Origin: Haliotis cracherodii
Taxonomy: Eukaryota
Length of the DNA stretch: 64,000 nt
Direction of reading: 5' to 3'
Assembly (NCBI RefSeq): GCF_022045235.1
Contig: NW_027266341.1
Location: 56,358,001 to 56,422,000 of the forward strand
Shown: in pieces, positions 50,681-62,841 of the stretch
Numbering within the stretch: the stretch's first letter is position 1
Layout of the letters: each line of letters begins with the position of its first letter
The notes under the pieces: generated by a model
Databases searched by the model: none
Seen by the model: only the letters and a program-made list of their open reading frames with translations
Told to the model about the DNA's origin: nothing
Translations under genes and position numbers: made by a program

Positions 50681-53114
50681 GGCCTACTCTTCCATCTTGG
50701 CAATGCCGTTTTCCATCGGGGGTATCGGACAAACACGATCAAGTGAACCTCACACTGACTCTGAAGACCTCAACAGGATATTCCCCGCGTCACAACGCTT
50801 CGGCAACGGCTTCGACTTTGGAAACTACGTCAGCAAAGCTGGGCCGGTATCAACCGGGTCAGGTAACCATGGTTACGGCACTCAGGTCGCCTCTAGGGGT
50901 TATGGTGATGATGTAAACTACAACGTCCAAAATGGACACGGTGATGACGTCCAGAACGACGGCGGTATCGAGGATCGCTACAACACCGCTCTACATGAGT
51001 TGGGTAACGGCTTTAACGACAAACAGGCCATCGGCAGCATCTACAACTTCGGGGACAACCAGCATGGAAAAGATGACGACTTTGGCGTTGAGGACCGCTA
51101 CAACAACGCGATTTTGACTGTGGCTAAACGACCGACTAGTAACGCTGCCAATAGCTACATTGAAGGCAAGTCCGACAACGATAATACCTATGGAAGTGAC
51201 GTCGACAAGCACATCAACGTTGATGGCAACCTGGGGAACAGGTTCAACACTATCCCTGTTGTGTCTGGGTTCGGACAAGGACCTCGATACGGCTCTCAGG
51301 ACGTTCTTGGAAAACAGACTGACAAGGGATTCCTTCACTCTGATCTCCATCACGTCTCTCCCCATGTCGCCTCTGACGTCGCAGGCAACAGCCATGGCAC
51401 TGGTGCTGCATTGAAAGACTCGCATTCCCTTGGTCACACCTACTCTTCCGTTAATGCTCCCAATTCAGCTGATAAGACTTACCAGTCCCTAAACGCACCC
51501 CATTCTGTTGATAACACTTACCAGTCCAAAAGTGCACCCCATTCTCTTGACAACACTTACCAGGCGATAAATGCTCCCCATTCTGGTGCTAACACTTACC
51601 AGTCCATAAATGCTCCCCATTCTGGTGCTAAAACTTACCAATCCATAAATGTACCCCATTCTAGTACTAACACTCACCAGTCTTTAAATGCACCCCATTC
51701 TCTTGATAACACTTTTCAGTCCCCAAATGCACCCCATTCTAGTGCTAACACTTACCAGTCCATAAATGCTCCCCATTCTGGTGCTAACGCTTACCAGTCC
51801 ATAAATGCACCCCATTCTACGGACAGCACTTACCAGTCCCTAAATGCACCCCATTCTAGTGCTAACACTTACCAGTCTATAAATGCACCCCATTCTAGTG
51901 TAAACACTCAGCAGTCTTTAAATGCACCCCATTCTCTTGACAACACTTACCAGTCCCTAAATGCACCCCATTCTGGTGCTAACACTTACCAGTCCCTGAA
52001 TGTACCCCATTCTAGTGTTAACACTCAGCAGTCTTTAAATGCACCCCATTCCAGTGTTAACACTCAGCAGTCTTTAAATGCACCCCATTCTCTTGATAAC
52101 ACTTACCAGTCCATAAATGCACCCCATTCTGGTGCTAACACTTACCAGTCCATAAATGCACCCCATTCTGGTGCTAACACTTACCAGTCCCTGAATGTAC
52201 CCCATTCTGGTGCTAACACTTACCAGTCCCTGAATGTACCCCATTCCAGTGTTAACACTCAGCAGTCTTTAAATGCACCCCATTCTCTTGATAACACTTA
52301 CCAGTCCCTAAATGCACCCCATTCTGGTGCTAACACTTACCAGTCCATAAATGCACCCCATTCTGGTGCTAACACTTACCAGTCCCTGAATGTACCCCAT
52401 TCCAGTGTTAACACTCAGCAGTCTTTAAATGCACCCCATCCTCTTGATAACACTCACCAGTCCCTAAATGCACCCCATTCTCTTGACAACACTTACCAGT
52501 CCATAAATGCACCCCATTCTAGTGCTAACGCTTACCAGTCTGTACCATCACCCCATTCTGTTGATAACGCTTACTCCTCCGTAAATGAACCCCATCATTT
52601 TGGCAACACCTCCCCAAACGGTATTGCAGTCAAACTGTTTGCCAACTCACACCCGACCAAAGACACTCACAACACTGTTGACGCTTTCCCAACCAACGGT
52701 CTATCCAAATTTACTGATCATAGCTCCTTCCCCGTCAAGAGTTCACCATACACCTACCCCTCAGAAAATTCACTTCCACCAACTGGTACCTCCTTCACAC
52801 CCAACCATCCAAAGATAGAAAATTCCCCTTTCTTTGGCCATGGTCACAGCGCCAACCCTTCAAAAAGTACTCCCAAAGATAACACTAATTTCTACCCCTT
52901 TGCCAATGTCCCACACTCGATCGGTCACTCTGACATAACTCGTCCAGTCGGTAATTCTGGTTCTCCAATCGACAGAGCTGTTCCTCATCCCCTTGCTGGA
53001 CACAACAGCTTCAATAACATCAACATCAACGACTTCGGCATAGACAACGTCGCTCAGAACAAAGTCGGCCATGCATCCCATCATGGACTCGGCTCTGGCG
53101 TTTCACGACCGTGA
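50655..53114 (+). CDS. Gene 7 main exon: secreted His/Ser/Asn/Pro-rich protein with about 30 tandem 13-mers (NTYQSINAPHSGA-type), 821 aa; join(48073..48078,50655..53114)
   Basis: Spliced N-terminus MRVLTVFLCFLAYSSILA|MP is signal-like; Asp/Gly/Asn-rich N-region; 39-nt array about 51435-52598; AATAAA 53329-53334. Confidence 0.9.
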   Translation, partial: VLTVFLCFLAYSSILAMPFSIGGIGQTRSSEPHTDSEDLNRIFPASQRFGNGFDFGNYVSKAGPVSTGSGNHGYGTQVASRGYGDDVNYNVQNGHGDDVQNDGGIEDRYNTALHELGNGFNDKQAIGSIYNFGDNQHGKDDDFGVEDRYNNAILTVAKRPTSNAANSYIEGKSDNDNTYGSDVDKHINVDGNLGNRFNTIPVVSGFGQGPRYGSQDVLGKQTDKGFLHSDLHHVSPHVASDVAGNSHGTGAALKDSHSLGHTYSSVNAPNSADKTYQSLNAPHSVDNTYQSKSAPHSLDNTYQAINAPHSGANTYQSINAPHSGAKTYQSINVPHSSTNTHQSLNAPHSLDNTFQSPNAPHSSANTYQSINAPHSGANAYQSINAPHSTDSTYQSLNAPHSSANTYQSINAPHSSVNTQQSLNAPHSLDNTYQSLNAPHSGANTYQSLNVPHSSVNTQQSLNAPHSSVNTQQSLNAPHSLDNTYQSINAPHSGANTYQSINAPHSGANTYQSLNVPHSGANTYQSLNVPHSSVNTQQSLNAPHSLDNTYQSLNAPHSGANTYQSINAPHSGANTYQSLNVPHSSVNTQQSLNAPHPLDNTHQSLNAPHSLDNTYQSINAPHSSANAYQSVPSPHSVDNAYSSVNEPHHFGNTSPNGIAVKLFANSHPTKDTHNTVDAFPTNGLSKFTDHSSFPVKSSPYTYPSENSLPPTGTSFTPNHPKIENSPFFGHGHSANPSKSTPKDNTNFYPFANVPHSIGHSDITRPVGNSGSPIDRAVPHPLAGHNSFNNININDFGIDNVAQNKVGHASHHGLGSGVSRP

Positions 53115-53461
53115 ATGTCCGATGTGCTCCATATATTATTTTTCTAACTACAGTTAACTTAGTCCAGCGTAGACGTACAATATAAGCTATTTTGAGTGAA
53201 CGAGCACATTTTGAAATTAAGAATGTCAAACCAAACCTGTTTTGTGAATGCAATTGTTTGTATGTTAACACACTCGTGATTGTCTTGTAAATTTATTTGT
53301 ATTATCCTTGTTGTTTCATCGTCTTCAAAATAAAAAAAATGTGTACTGGAAAGCGTTTTCTGTTTTGCTACATCTCTTAGAAGCTCATGTGTCATTTTAA
53401 GATTGCTGGAAGCGGCGCAAAGCAATACTCACTCACAAGCATGTCTTGCTTCAATGGCATG

Positions 53462-53808
53462 GACCGCATCCGTGGTCTAGTGGTAGAGCATCCGCCCGGA
53501 GAGCGGAAGGTCCGGGGTTCGATCCACGGCCGCGTCATACCAAAAGACGTTAAAAGATGGTACTTGCTGTTACCCTGTCTTGCGCTCGGCATGAAGGGGA
53601 TAAAACAAGGACTGGTCGGCTCGAAGTCAGTATACTGTGTCTGAGTGGGGTATTCATGTTAAACTGCGGCATAGTATCTCAGTGAGCTAGCACTATAAAT
53701 CGGCATCAGTCCGGACTAGCACAAGCAGCCACACACACACGTACATGCACGTCGCTATATAAGTGCAATAATCTTGGACGCGACGTTAAACCCCACTTCG
53801 CCTCACCC
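53462..53808 (+). mobile_element. Full-length SINE family A
   Basis: Imperfect TSD caatggcatg/caatagcatg. Confidence 0.9.
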
Positions 53809-56800
53809 CAATAGCATGTCTAGCTAAGAATCAGTTAGTAACCCCGTTAGTAAGGAAGCCTTGCATTCACAAATATATTGTGAGGAACATTTTATTTATC
53901 TTAACCCATTATTCGCTAAAAAGAATTCTATATCCGGACAGTTTCATTTGAAACAATGTCTGGTTTAACAAGGCTTTACTGGATTTCATATCGTAGACTC
54001 GAACAAGAAGCATCAATATCAAAGCTGCGAGTATGTGCACCTTTTGGGCCAGTTTAAAAGATCAGTGTCGGATAAAAAAAAAAAATTTCTTTAGTTGTGA
54101 GACATTCACTCCACACACGTTAAAAAACTTAATTATGAGTAATAGTAATTGCCAGGGCCATAATGGGTTTAACAAAGTGTAGCCATTGTAGAAGTGATTG
54201 TGTCCGATTAGACATACTTACAATTTAACCATCATGGCAACGCTCTTCGATAATCTGTGGGATCCACCATTGCTTTGTTCGATAATAAACCAATAACGTT
54301 ACTGAATTGGTTTTAGAGTCAATGTTGAATTAATAGTAACCGCTGCATACACTGCGAACAATACTGTGCAGTGCCACCTGTCATACTCACCAATAATACA
54401 TTGGTATGTAGCTCTGGGAACCGGTATCCGAAGTATTGATTATTAGAATGAAGATATGCATAACAAATACCCACTATGTCATATGAAAATAGACGTGAAA
54501 TGCGATCACGAATAGTATGCACCCAACTCGTGTTAATCGTGTCGCATTTTAATGAAAAATCTATGCAATCGATAATTATATGGCGACAATGTCATAATGA
54601 ATTTCTGCCCGTGAAGATCCGGGTTAGAATAGGTCTTCTGCAACCAATGCCTGCCGTAAAATGCGACTGTGCTTGTCGTAAGAGGCGACTAACTGGATCG
54701 GGTGGTCAGGCTGACTTGGTTGATGCTACGTTTCCCAATTGTGTACATTGATGCTCGTGATATCAATCACTGGATTGTTTGTTTCAGACTTGATTATTTA
54801 CAAACCGCCGTTATATAACTGGAATACTGCTGAGTGCGGCATTAAACAACAAACAAACAAAACATGCAGTAGCCTCTTAAGACAGGCATAGTATATTGGG
54901 GACCTTATGCCGGAGACCTAGTGTGGGTACGACGATAAACAACACACAATAACACTACGAATTTGATTTTGCAACTTTTTGAATCACACCAAACACATCC
55001 CATAGATTTGATTTAATTGCTCGGAGTTCTCCGTGACACTTGCCTTGTCCAAGAATGCATGACGCGAAGACGTTTTGATTTGGGAAAGTTTTAGTCAACA
55101 TCGATGAGGAATTGCGTCCCTTTGTATGTGCCTCTGTTGTACTTCACCGCCACGATAAAATCCCTGGTGACCCAGTCGTCTCAGGTGCTACAATTCGCCA
55201 TGCAGAATTGCATTTGAAAGTGGTTTCGAATACCAGATTCGCCGGGGTGATGTTTCTAGGTTTGCAAGAGCAATACTTGTTCTCGTCGGTTTCAATAAAT
55301 TGTCAAACGTCTAATTCATGACATTCACACCTTTCTGTGTTGCAAAAAAATGTTTCTTTAGTGTGATTCTTTACTTTAAGAAGCAGTGGTCCGATCCACA
55401 AACCGTTCGTAGTACTACGATATTCGCAAGTCCATAAAAAACATGTAGTTACGATGGGTCGTAACGCTACGAACGCTTCGTGGATCGGGGTCCAGAATCT
55501 CTGCGCTTGCAATTGTACGCAGCAGATGTAATTCAAATTTAACATATCGTTTTTAGCTCCAACAAATCACTGGATAGTGTCTGGTCAAGACTGTGAACCG
55601 GCTGCAGTCGCACTGAAGTTGCGGTGTTTGGAAGCAAACATTTATAATTACGTCTGTATACAAATTGTGTCAGGGGTGGGTTCTGACGGTAGAGCAGGCC
55701 ATGCACACTCTTTTCGCGTACACCTGCTGTCTTTGCAGGTTTTCAGTTGTCCATTCATATACTTATCACTCTTTTGGCTTTTACGTCCAGTGGAATCTGT
55801 TTCTGCAGATAATCGAGACTGATTATTATCTGACTTTGATGTTTTATACTTATTCCCATATCTGAATACTGAGCTAGGCGGCGTAAAATCTCAGTGACCA
55901 TAGTCATGTCGCGGTCAAACGTAATTTTGGTGTACGAGAAAATTCGCCTCCGAAGTTTCTGTTGAAAATGTAAAACCTGCGGGGAGAGAATAGCATGAGG
56001 ACCGAAGACCCTCGGCCTATTTCGACCCCGATATTTTAAATTTTAAATAAAAACCGCGGAGAAGTGATTCACTGACGTATATATCGTCAAAACAATATCT
56101 ATTAATATTTTTTTAATATTATGTATAAAGGAGCGTTACGGCAGTCTTATGAAACACTCGTAAAATATATATTTCAAAGAAATAACGCTTAACATTGAAC
56201 CTTTCTCATGAACCACCCATTTTGAACCAGTCCTGAGGTCTAATGGTTAGAGTGCCTGATCATTGATTAGGCGGTTTGGGGTTCAATTCCGGTCATAAAT
56301 TATGAAAGAGTTAAATTCTTGTCTTCGATTTTAGAGCACTGAAATTTTGAAACAGAAAGTCCAATGTTTGATTCACATGGAAAACCTCAGGGATGAGGTA
56401 GTACTTGGGAAAAGTAAAATTTCATCCCACGTTTTACTGCCTGGAGAAAGAATAGTTTAGTTCAACGGCAAGTTCCAGCATAAATGTTTAGAACTGGAGG
56501 GTTGGTTGGTTGGTTTGTTAACGTTGTTTAACGTCGCACTCAGCAATATTCTATCTATATGACGGCGGTTTGTAAATAATCGAGTCTGGATCAGACAATC
56601 CATTGATTAATATCATGAGTATCGATCCACCACTTGGGATCGATGACATGCATCAACCAAGTCAGCGAGCCTGACCACCCGATCACGTTAGTCGCCTCTT
56701 ATGTCAAGCATGGTCGCCTTTTACGGCAAGCATGGGTTGCTGTAGACATATACTAAGCCGGATCTACACGGACCTTTACACATAACAGGTTCAACACAGG

Positions 56801-56966
56801 ATCTTTAATGTATGTTGCATGGCAAGGAATTTATTGACACATAGTATATGCAGGGTATGGTAGGCCCTAGTCACATACGCTGTATTCAAGAGAGCGTCAG
56901 TGGCTCTACTGAATGTCATGAGCTCACTGAACAGTCTGAAGGAAAACAACCTTTGATCTGACATAA

Positions 56967-57233
56967 GGAGGCACGGGTGGCCCAGTCGTCTAAGGCTACG
57001 CGATTCGCTGTCGGAGTTGCGTCCCTTGGGCACGCCAGAAACCTATGATAGTGGGTTTGAATCCCGGTTATGTTTCTAGGTTTGTCAGCACCATACCCTT
57101 GCTCGTTGATTTCACCGAAGTGGTAAACGTCTTAGACCTGCATCACTTCGGTCTTTCCATCCACATTAAGCTGACACGCCGTGATATAACTGTAATACTG
57201 TTAAAAGCGGCGTTAAACCCAACTCACTCACTC
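56967..57233 (+). mobile_element. SINE family B
   Basis: Matches 59440-59720. Confidence 0.85.
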
Positions 57234-58512
57234 AATGATGTGACATTAACCCATAGTTACTCATCCTATTGTTTTCACGGGGACTTGTTTTCGACCTATA
57301 GCCTCTTATTGGGCACTGTCGACAGAATATGTCTCAGTCCCTGAAATATTCTATAGAGCACCTGTAAAGTGGGTTTGATACGTTTGGAATGTCCCAAGTT
57401 AGAGATTTATTTTGCTAATATGTAAAAGTTGGTTGTGTTCATTGTAATATCTGCATTCTCATTAGCTGAATTGATCACGTGTTATTGCATTTATTTCCAA
57501 TGGATGTAAACAATTAAGCCACGCCCAACGAGGCGGACTACTTTTTTTGCCACGGAAAGCCGGGGAATCAATATTACAGTCGAGGGAATTCCCTTTCTGC
57601 TCACGTGTATCGTCATGCGCAGGACACTTAACGAAATTCATGCATATTCATTTACCCTGTCACACCGAAGGCCGAGAAGGAATAAAACAGTAGGCTCACT
57701 CTCCTGTTTTTCCCCCGTTTGCCTGGGTTCCACAAATTTCATGTCTTCGGACTTCATTTCTGACCCGCATTTTTTCCAACTATGTCTGCTGTTCTATTCT
57801 CAGGGAATTAATGTTTGAATCTAGCGGTAACTGAATATGTCATTGGAAACAGCCGCTTCTCAAGGACATAGTTTTTCCGGTTCGTTTCAGTCTGACTTTT
57901 GCAGTGTCAAGTTATTGCAGAAATTAAACAATCACCTGATTCATGTCACGCCACAGTATGTATTCCTACACCTGGAATGTTTATCAATCTCGTCATTTTT
58001 GTCTTTTTGGAAAATGCAGCTATTGTTCAAAACACATATTTTCGTTGTCGAATTTAATAAGAAGGATTGACTGTATTTTTTCGGTTCATGGTATGAACCA
58101 TCATCATTAATTGAACACGATCTATGAATATATATAATTGCAATGCTCACTTTAAAAACACATCCTGAATGATGATAAATTAAACACCATATTTCAGTGG
58201 GATCGAACCTACAACATCCGTACGTGTAGACCAGAGACCACACCACAAGGCTCCAGAGGCGCTGATGAATCACGATGACTTAAGAGTCTCTTTTTCAAGT
58301 ACATGTATGCCAGGAAATTAATATGTATTACGTCCGTTGCCTTAGGTTCATGAACAGTGTGTTGAAACATAAAATTGTTGCTAAATGTTGTTTCATTTAC
58401 TTCTTTCGGTCTATAAGAAAAAAAAAACACACACGCACATACAGGCCGGTTCATATGGGAATATAAACACTTAGGGTCGTAAAGAAACTCCCCTGTTTTT
58501 ATAGACCAGTAT

Positions 58513-58790
58513 CTCAAGAACTTCGACATTCAATGTCAAACATCCCTTCTTGAGAACTTCGACATTCAATGTCAACCATCTCATCTTTAGAACTTCCACA
58601 TTCAATCCCAGACATCTCATCTTGAGAAGTTCGACATTCAATCCCAGACATCTCATCTTGAGAAGTTCGACATTCAATCCCAGACATCTCAACTTGAGAA
58701 CTTCGACATGCAATGTCAGGCATCTCATCTTGACAAGTTCGACATTCAATGTCAGGCATCTCATCTTGAGAAGTTCGACATTCAATGTCA
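58513..58790. repeat. 36-bp minisatellite, about 8 copies
   Basis: Unit GAGAAGTTCGACATTCAATGTCAGGCATCTCATCTT, head-to-tail with no spacers. Confidence 0.92.
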
Positions 58791-59106
58791 CCCTTCTGTC
58801 ATCCTGTCTCAATCTACACTTGACACGCGTGAGTGTGCAGATAAAGTGATGAGATGTTTACAGCACATAACAACATGGAATGTTGGCTTAGACAAATATC
58901 AAACATTAATACATGAAATGAAACAGTCGTTTTAGTTTTCCTTGGCAGCGCCGCGATGTTCGTGAACGCTGACACCTTTAACCTATCATTACGGTGAGTG
59001 ACACAATAAGGCTTGTGTACGGACACCCTCCGCTCTTTGAAACCAGTGAGCGAACACGACCTATGAACATAGTGAAATGCTTGAAGATGAACTGAAATAA
59101 TTACCA

Positions 59107-59267
59107 CTGTAAACTACGGTTATAACGAACTGACGGATATAACGAACTTACTTTTTTAGCCCCGACTATTTGCTGAAGTTATGCTGTATATTTGCTTATA
59201 ACGAACTACGGTTATAACGAACCTAAATAAGTAGTCCCTATGAGTTCGCTATAACCGTAGTTTACTG
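59107..59267. mobile_element. MITE with 24-bp terminal inverted repeats (Tc1/pogo-like ends)
   Basis: CTGTAAACTACGGTTATAACGAAC ... GTTCGCTATAACCGTAGTTTACTG (2 mismatches); internal TATAACGAAC repeats. Confidence 0.8.
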
Positions 59268-59439
59268 TTTATAGCATATATTGCTTAGTTAGTGAAACAA
59301 AAGCTCCATCTTTTTATTCCAATCGTCAAACCTGTCTACACTTAATACAATTTAACTGGCTTCCTCATAGTGCGTTCTCTTTCAATCATTTTGTTACAAT
59401 ATTATCGTTTTGTTGTTAACCCTACCATGTTAATCATGC

Positions 59440-59720
59440 GGGGGCACGGGTGGCCCTGTCGTTTAAGGCGCCGCGATTCACAGTGCAGTGTTGGGTCCTA
59501 GGGCACGCCAGAAACCTATGATTGTGGGTTCGAATCCCGGTTCGCCCAGATTATGTTTCTAGGTTTGTCGGCACCATACCCGTGCTCGTGGGTTTCACCG
59601 AAGTGGTAAACGTCTGAGACCTGTATCACTTCGGGCTTTCCTCCCACATTAAGCTGACACGCCGTGATATTACTGGAATATATTAAAAGCGGCGTTAACA
59701 CCCAACTCACTCACACTCAC
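59440..59720 (+). mobile_element. Full-length SINE family B with 12-bp TSD
   Basis: TSD TGTTAATCATGC at 59428-59439 and 59721-59732; B-box GGTTCGAATCC. Confidence 0.92.
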
Positions 59721-60504
59721 TGTTAATCATGCACATAAATTGTTCTTATTTTCACCCTACACCAACTATACATAATTCTGCACCATGCTCCCGCTATCAA
59801 GTCTTGCCTTGACGACTGTATAAGGATACGTACCGAAAAGTCGCTATAATAGTGCAATAACGGTAAAGGAACAAGTACGTAGCTCTGAAATGTCGTCTCA
59901 AAGAATAAAAGAAGTTATTATCCATAAAAAGTGTTATGTGATTATGCTCTTCCACCCCCAAAACCCTGTCAAAGACGATAAAAATGTTGCTTTCCATAAC
60001 GTCTGTCTACATTGTCATCTGTCATCTTCTAAAAGAGTCCATCAAACAATTGATTTGAGCATCTTCTGTGAACATTAAATCAATATTAACAAAGTTTCAC
60101 TGTACCGAACGCTTTACTCAAACTGATTATTCAAACTGCAGGGTAGATGTGTCTACTTACACACTGATGGATGGGATGGTGTAGATGATTAACGCAGCAA
60201 GAATGCAGTATCTGTGATTATAAAACAGTTATATGTAAATAAAATGTAGAAATATGTCGTGACTCAGTCCTCCCGTTGGTCAGGTCGGGCGTGAGCAGGT
60301 GGCGCCACGTGGTCTCCCGTGGAGAGGAATCACCATGCAATGACCAGTTTGTACTTGACACACAATGTCTTCATGGGAGTTGCCATCTGCTGATTGCGTA
60401 GCAATAGGTGCTAAGTGTGATACACACTATGCTATAAATGCTGGTACTACTGTTAATGAAACAGTTGTGCAGAGAGTTGCGAGAGTGGCACAGGCTGATC
60501 AAAC

Positions 60505-60510
60505 ATGAAG
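60505..60510 (+). CDS. Gene 8 coding micro-exon (Met-Lys)
   Basis: aaacATGAAG|gtaggt; TATAAA 60433-60438; CCACGTGG 60305-60312. Confidence 0.85.
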
Positions 60511-60562
60511 GTAGGTACTTGGGATTGGGTGATTCTTTAAACATGAACATTTGAATAGTGTT

Positions 60563-61412
60563 TTACTGTACTAGTCCGGAGTAATGCCGAGTTTATAGTG
60601 TTTATAGTGCTAGCCACTGAGTACTCATTCCGAGCCGACCAGTTCCTGTTTTCGCCTCTCAATGCTGAGAGCCAGGCAGGTAACAATAAGTACCAACTTT
60701 TAACGTCTTTTGGTAGAACGCGGCCGGGGATCGAACCCCCGACCTTCCGCTTACCGGGAAGATGCTCTACCACTAGACCACGGAGACGGTCTCAAGTATA
60801 TAAGTAAAGTGGAAATAAAGCATACAGGTAGTGCCAGAAAGCTGCTGTTGCGAATGCATTGTCAATGATGTTATGAAGACAATTTGGATGATCCAAAGGA
60901 GGTATTATTATTCCTTATTATGGTGAGGCGAGGTGGCATGAAATGAGATGTGTCGTCGAATTCAAGATTATTATTATATTGCGNNNNNNNNNNNNNNNNN
61001 NNNNNNNNNNNNNNNNNNNNNNNNNNNNNNNNNNNNNNNNNNNNNNNNNNNNNNNNNNNNNNNNNNNNNNNNNNNNNNNNNNNNNNNNNNNNNNNNNNNN
61101 NNNNNNNNNNNNNNNNNNNNNNNNNNNNNNNNNNNNNNNNNNNNNNNNNNNNNNNNNNNNNNNATGACAGTTTTATAGTGCAAGCCAACAGAGATACAAT
61201 GCCAAATATTAACATGACGGAAACCACTCTTAGACACAGAATACTGATTCCGAGCCGACTACTCCTTATCATATCCTCTTAATCCCGAGCGCCAGACAGG
61301 GAAACAACAAGTACTATCTTTTAACGTCTTTTGAAATGACGCTTCCGGGAATCGAACCCAGGACCTTTCGCTCTCCAGACAGACGTACTATCTACTAGGC
61401 ACGGAGCCAATC
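60563..61412 (-). mobile_element. Two diverged family A SINEs in gene 8 intron (60563-60792; 60921-61412 spanning the gap)
   Basis: Reverse-complement matches to the family A head and body. Confidence 0.75.
60984..61163. other. Assembly gap (N run)
   Basis: N bases. Confidence 1.
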
Positions 61413-61602
61413 CCAAATATGGAACCATATAGAAATGGTACCGCCCAATAACATCACATGAAGGGATTAATGTTAATACCTTTCCATTGGGATTTCAGAG
61501 CAAGTGACCAGTTATAACCATCTTTTTTGTAACATATATAGGCTTGTTAACACTGCTTCATCATTAAGTATATTATCATAAACAGACCCCGTTTATTTCC
61601 AG

Positions 61603-62199
61603 GTGGCGTTCTTGTGTTTGTCGTTGGTGACACTGTGGGCGATGTCTGTGAGTGAAGACGCTGCCAAGGCGACTGTGGTCGAGCCCCAGCAGATCGGCGC
61701 CATTGTAGCCTATGACGTTCCCGGTAACCAAGTTATCTATCGCCCACCTACTACATTCTACAAACCAGGGATCTCCGACCTGAAGAGCGTCGGTGGGGTG
61801 AAAGGTCTACTGAGTCTCGGCCTCCATACGAGTCAATATAGACCCCCTGGCACCGGGCACCGTTACAGAGAGTACCTTCCTGCAACGCACGGTCGGAACC
61901 AATATGGTCAAAACCTGGCCAATCAGAATCCTTATGACAAGAATCAATTTGATCAGCGACCTTACTTCTCGCGCGGCCCAATACCCTACAGCTCCGGGCA
62001 GAGGTACCACAGAGCCATGGGGAACTCCTTCAGTGGGAACCCGACTTCTTTGGGAGGTACCCTTTTTCCTCAACGTCCTCTGAACAACTACAAACCCAGC
62101 TACGTTCTCTACAAGCCAGGCGTGAAGGATCTGAAGAGATATGGAGGCATCGAAGGCCTTCTTCGTCTAGGGCTACCCTCTATCTTGCGCAATCACTGA
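61603..62199 (+). CDS. Gene 8 main exon: secreted Pro/Gly/Tyr-rich basic protein with a duplicated 29-aa motif, 200 aa; join(60505..60510,61603..62199)
   Basis: tttatttccag acceptor; MKVAFLCLSLVTLWAMSVS signal-like; AATAAA 62330-62335. Confidence 0.88.
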   Translation: MAFLCLSLVTLWAMSVSEDAAKATVVEPQQIGAIVAYDVPGNQVIYRPPTTFYKPGISDLKSVGGVKGLLSLGLHTSQYRPPGTGHRYREYLPATHGRNQYGQNLANQNPYDKNQFDQRPYFSRGPIPYSSGQRYHRAMGNSFSGNPTSLGGTLFPQRPLNNYKPSYVLYKPGVKDLKRYGGIEGLLRLGLPSILRNH

Positions 62200-62841
62200 A
62201 ATTGTTCAAATACAGTACACCTAATATAAAGCAGGCGCAACTAACTCGACAAAAATCGAACGATTTTTTTGTCTGTCATGTGGAAAAGCTATTGAGGCGT
62301 TTGTGTAACTACATTGAGCATGTTTGGTCAATAAACTATCAGCATTCAATGTATGCTCTTTTGTTTTTAATAAGGGCTTGGCCCTAGGTGCTTAGGGGTG
62401 GAAAAAAATCTGAAGTCACCAGCAACATCTCCTAAGAAACATACATGTCTAATGTTGAACTACTATAAAAGCGCCACTGAAAACCTCTAAAATTAACCAT
62501 TTCGACATATACCAGATTTCTACATATACTAGATTTCGACACAAACTCTCACATATGCATGTCGAAGAAGTAACTCGTATCAGATGTTATTCCGTCGTTC
62601 CTTTCTGTAACGTTACAGTTTACATGCGAAAGAGGAACGTTGCTTTCTTTTTAGAAAAGAATAAAACCGGCCACGACGACATAATTCTTATTCCAAGAAG
62701 CATATTTATTACTCGTCAAAAGTTCTTGCTAACTGAATGACTGATCACCGTTCGTAGAAACCCATACAAGTCGGCTGTTTGTCTGTACGGATGATATGAC
62801 GTTAATTTCTTTGTGAGACATTTTGAAGTTGTTCTAAGTAT

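Noticed and set aside
58471-58849. 36-bp repeats as a CRISPR array or a leucine-rich-repeat ORF
   Set aside because: Repeats are contiguous without unique spacers, the context is eukaryotic with no cas genes, and the ORFs are open on both strands with no gene signals.
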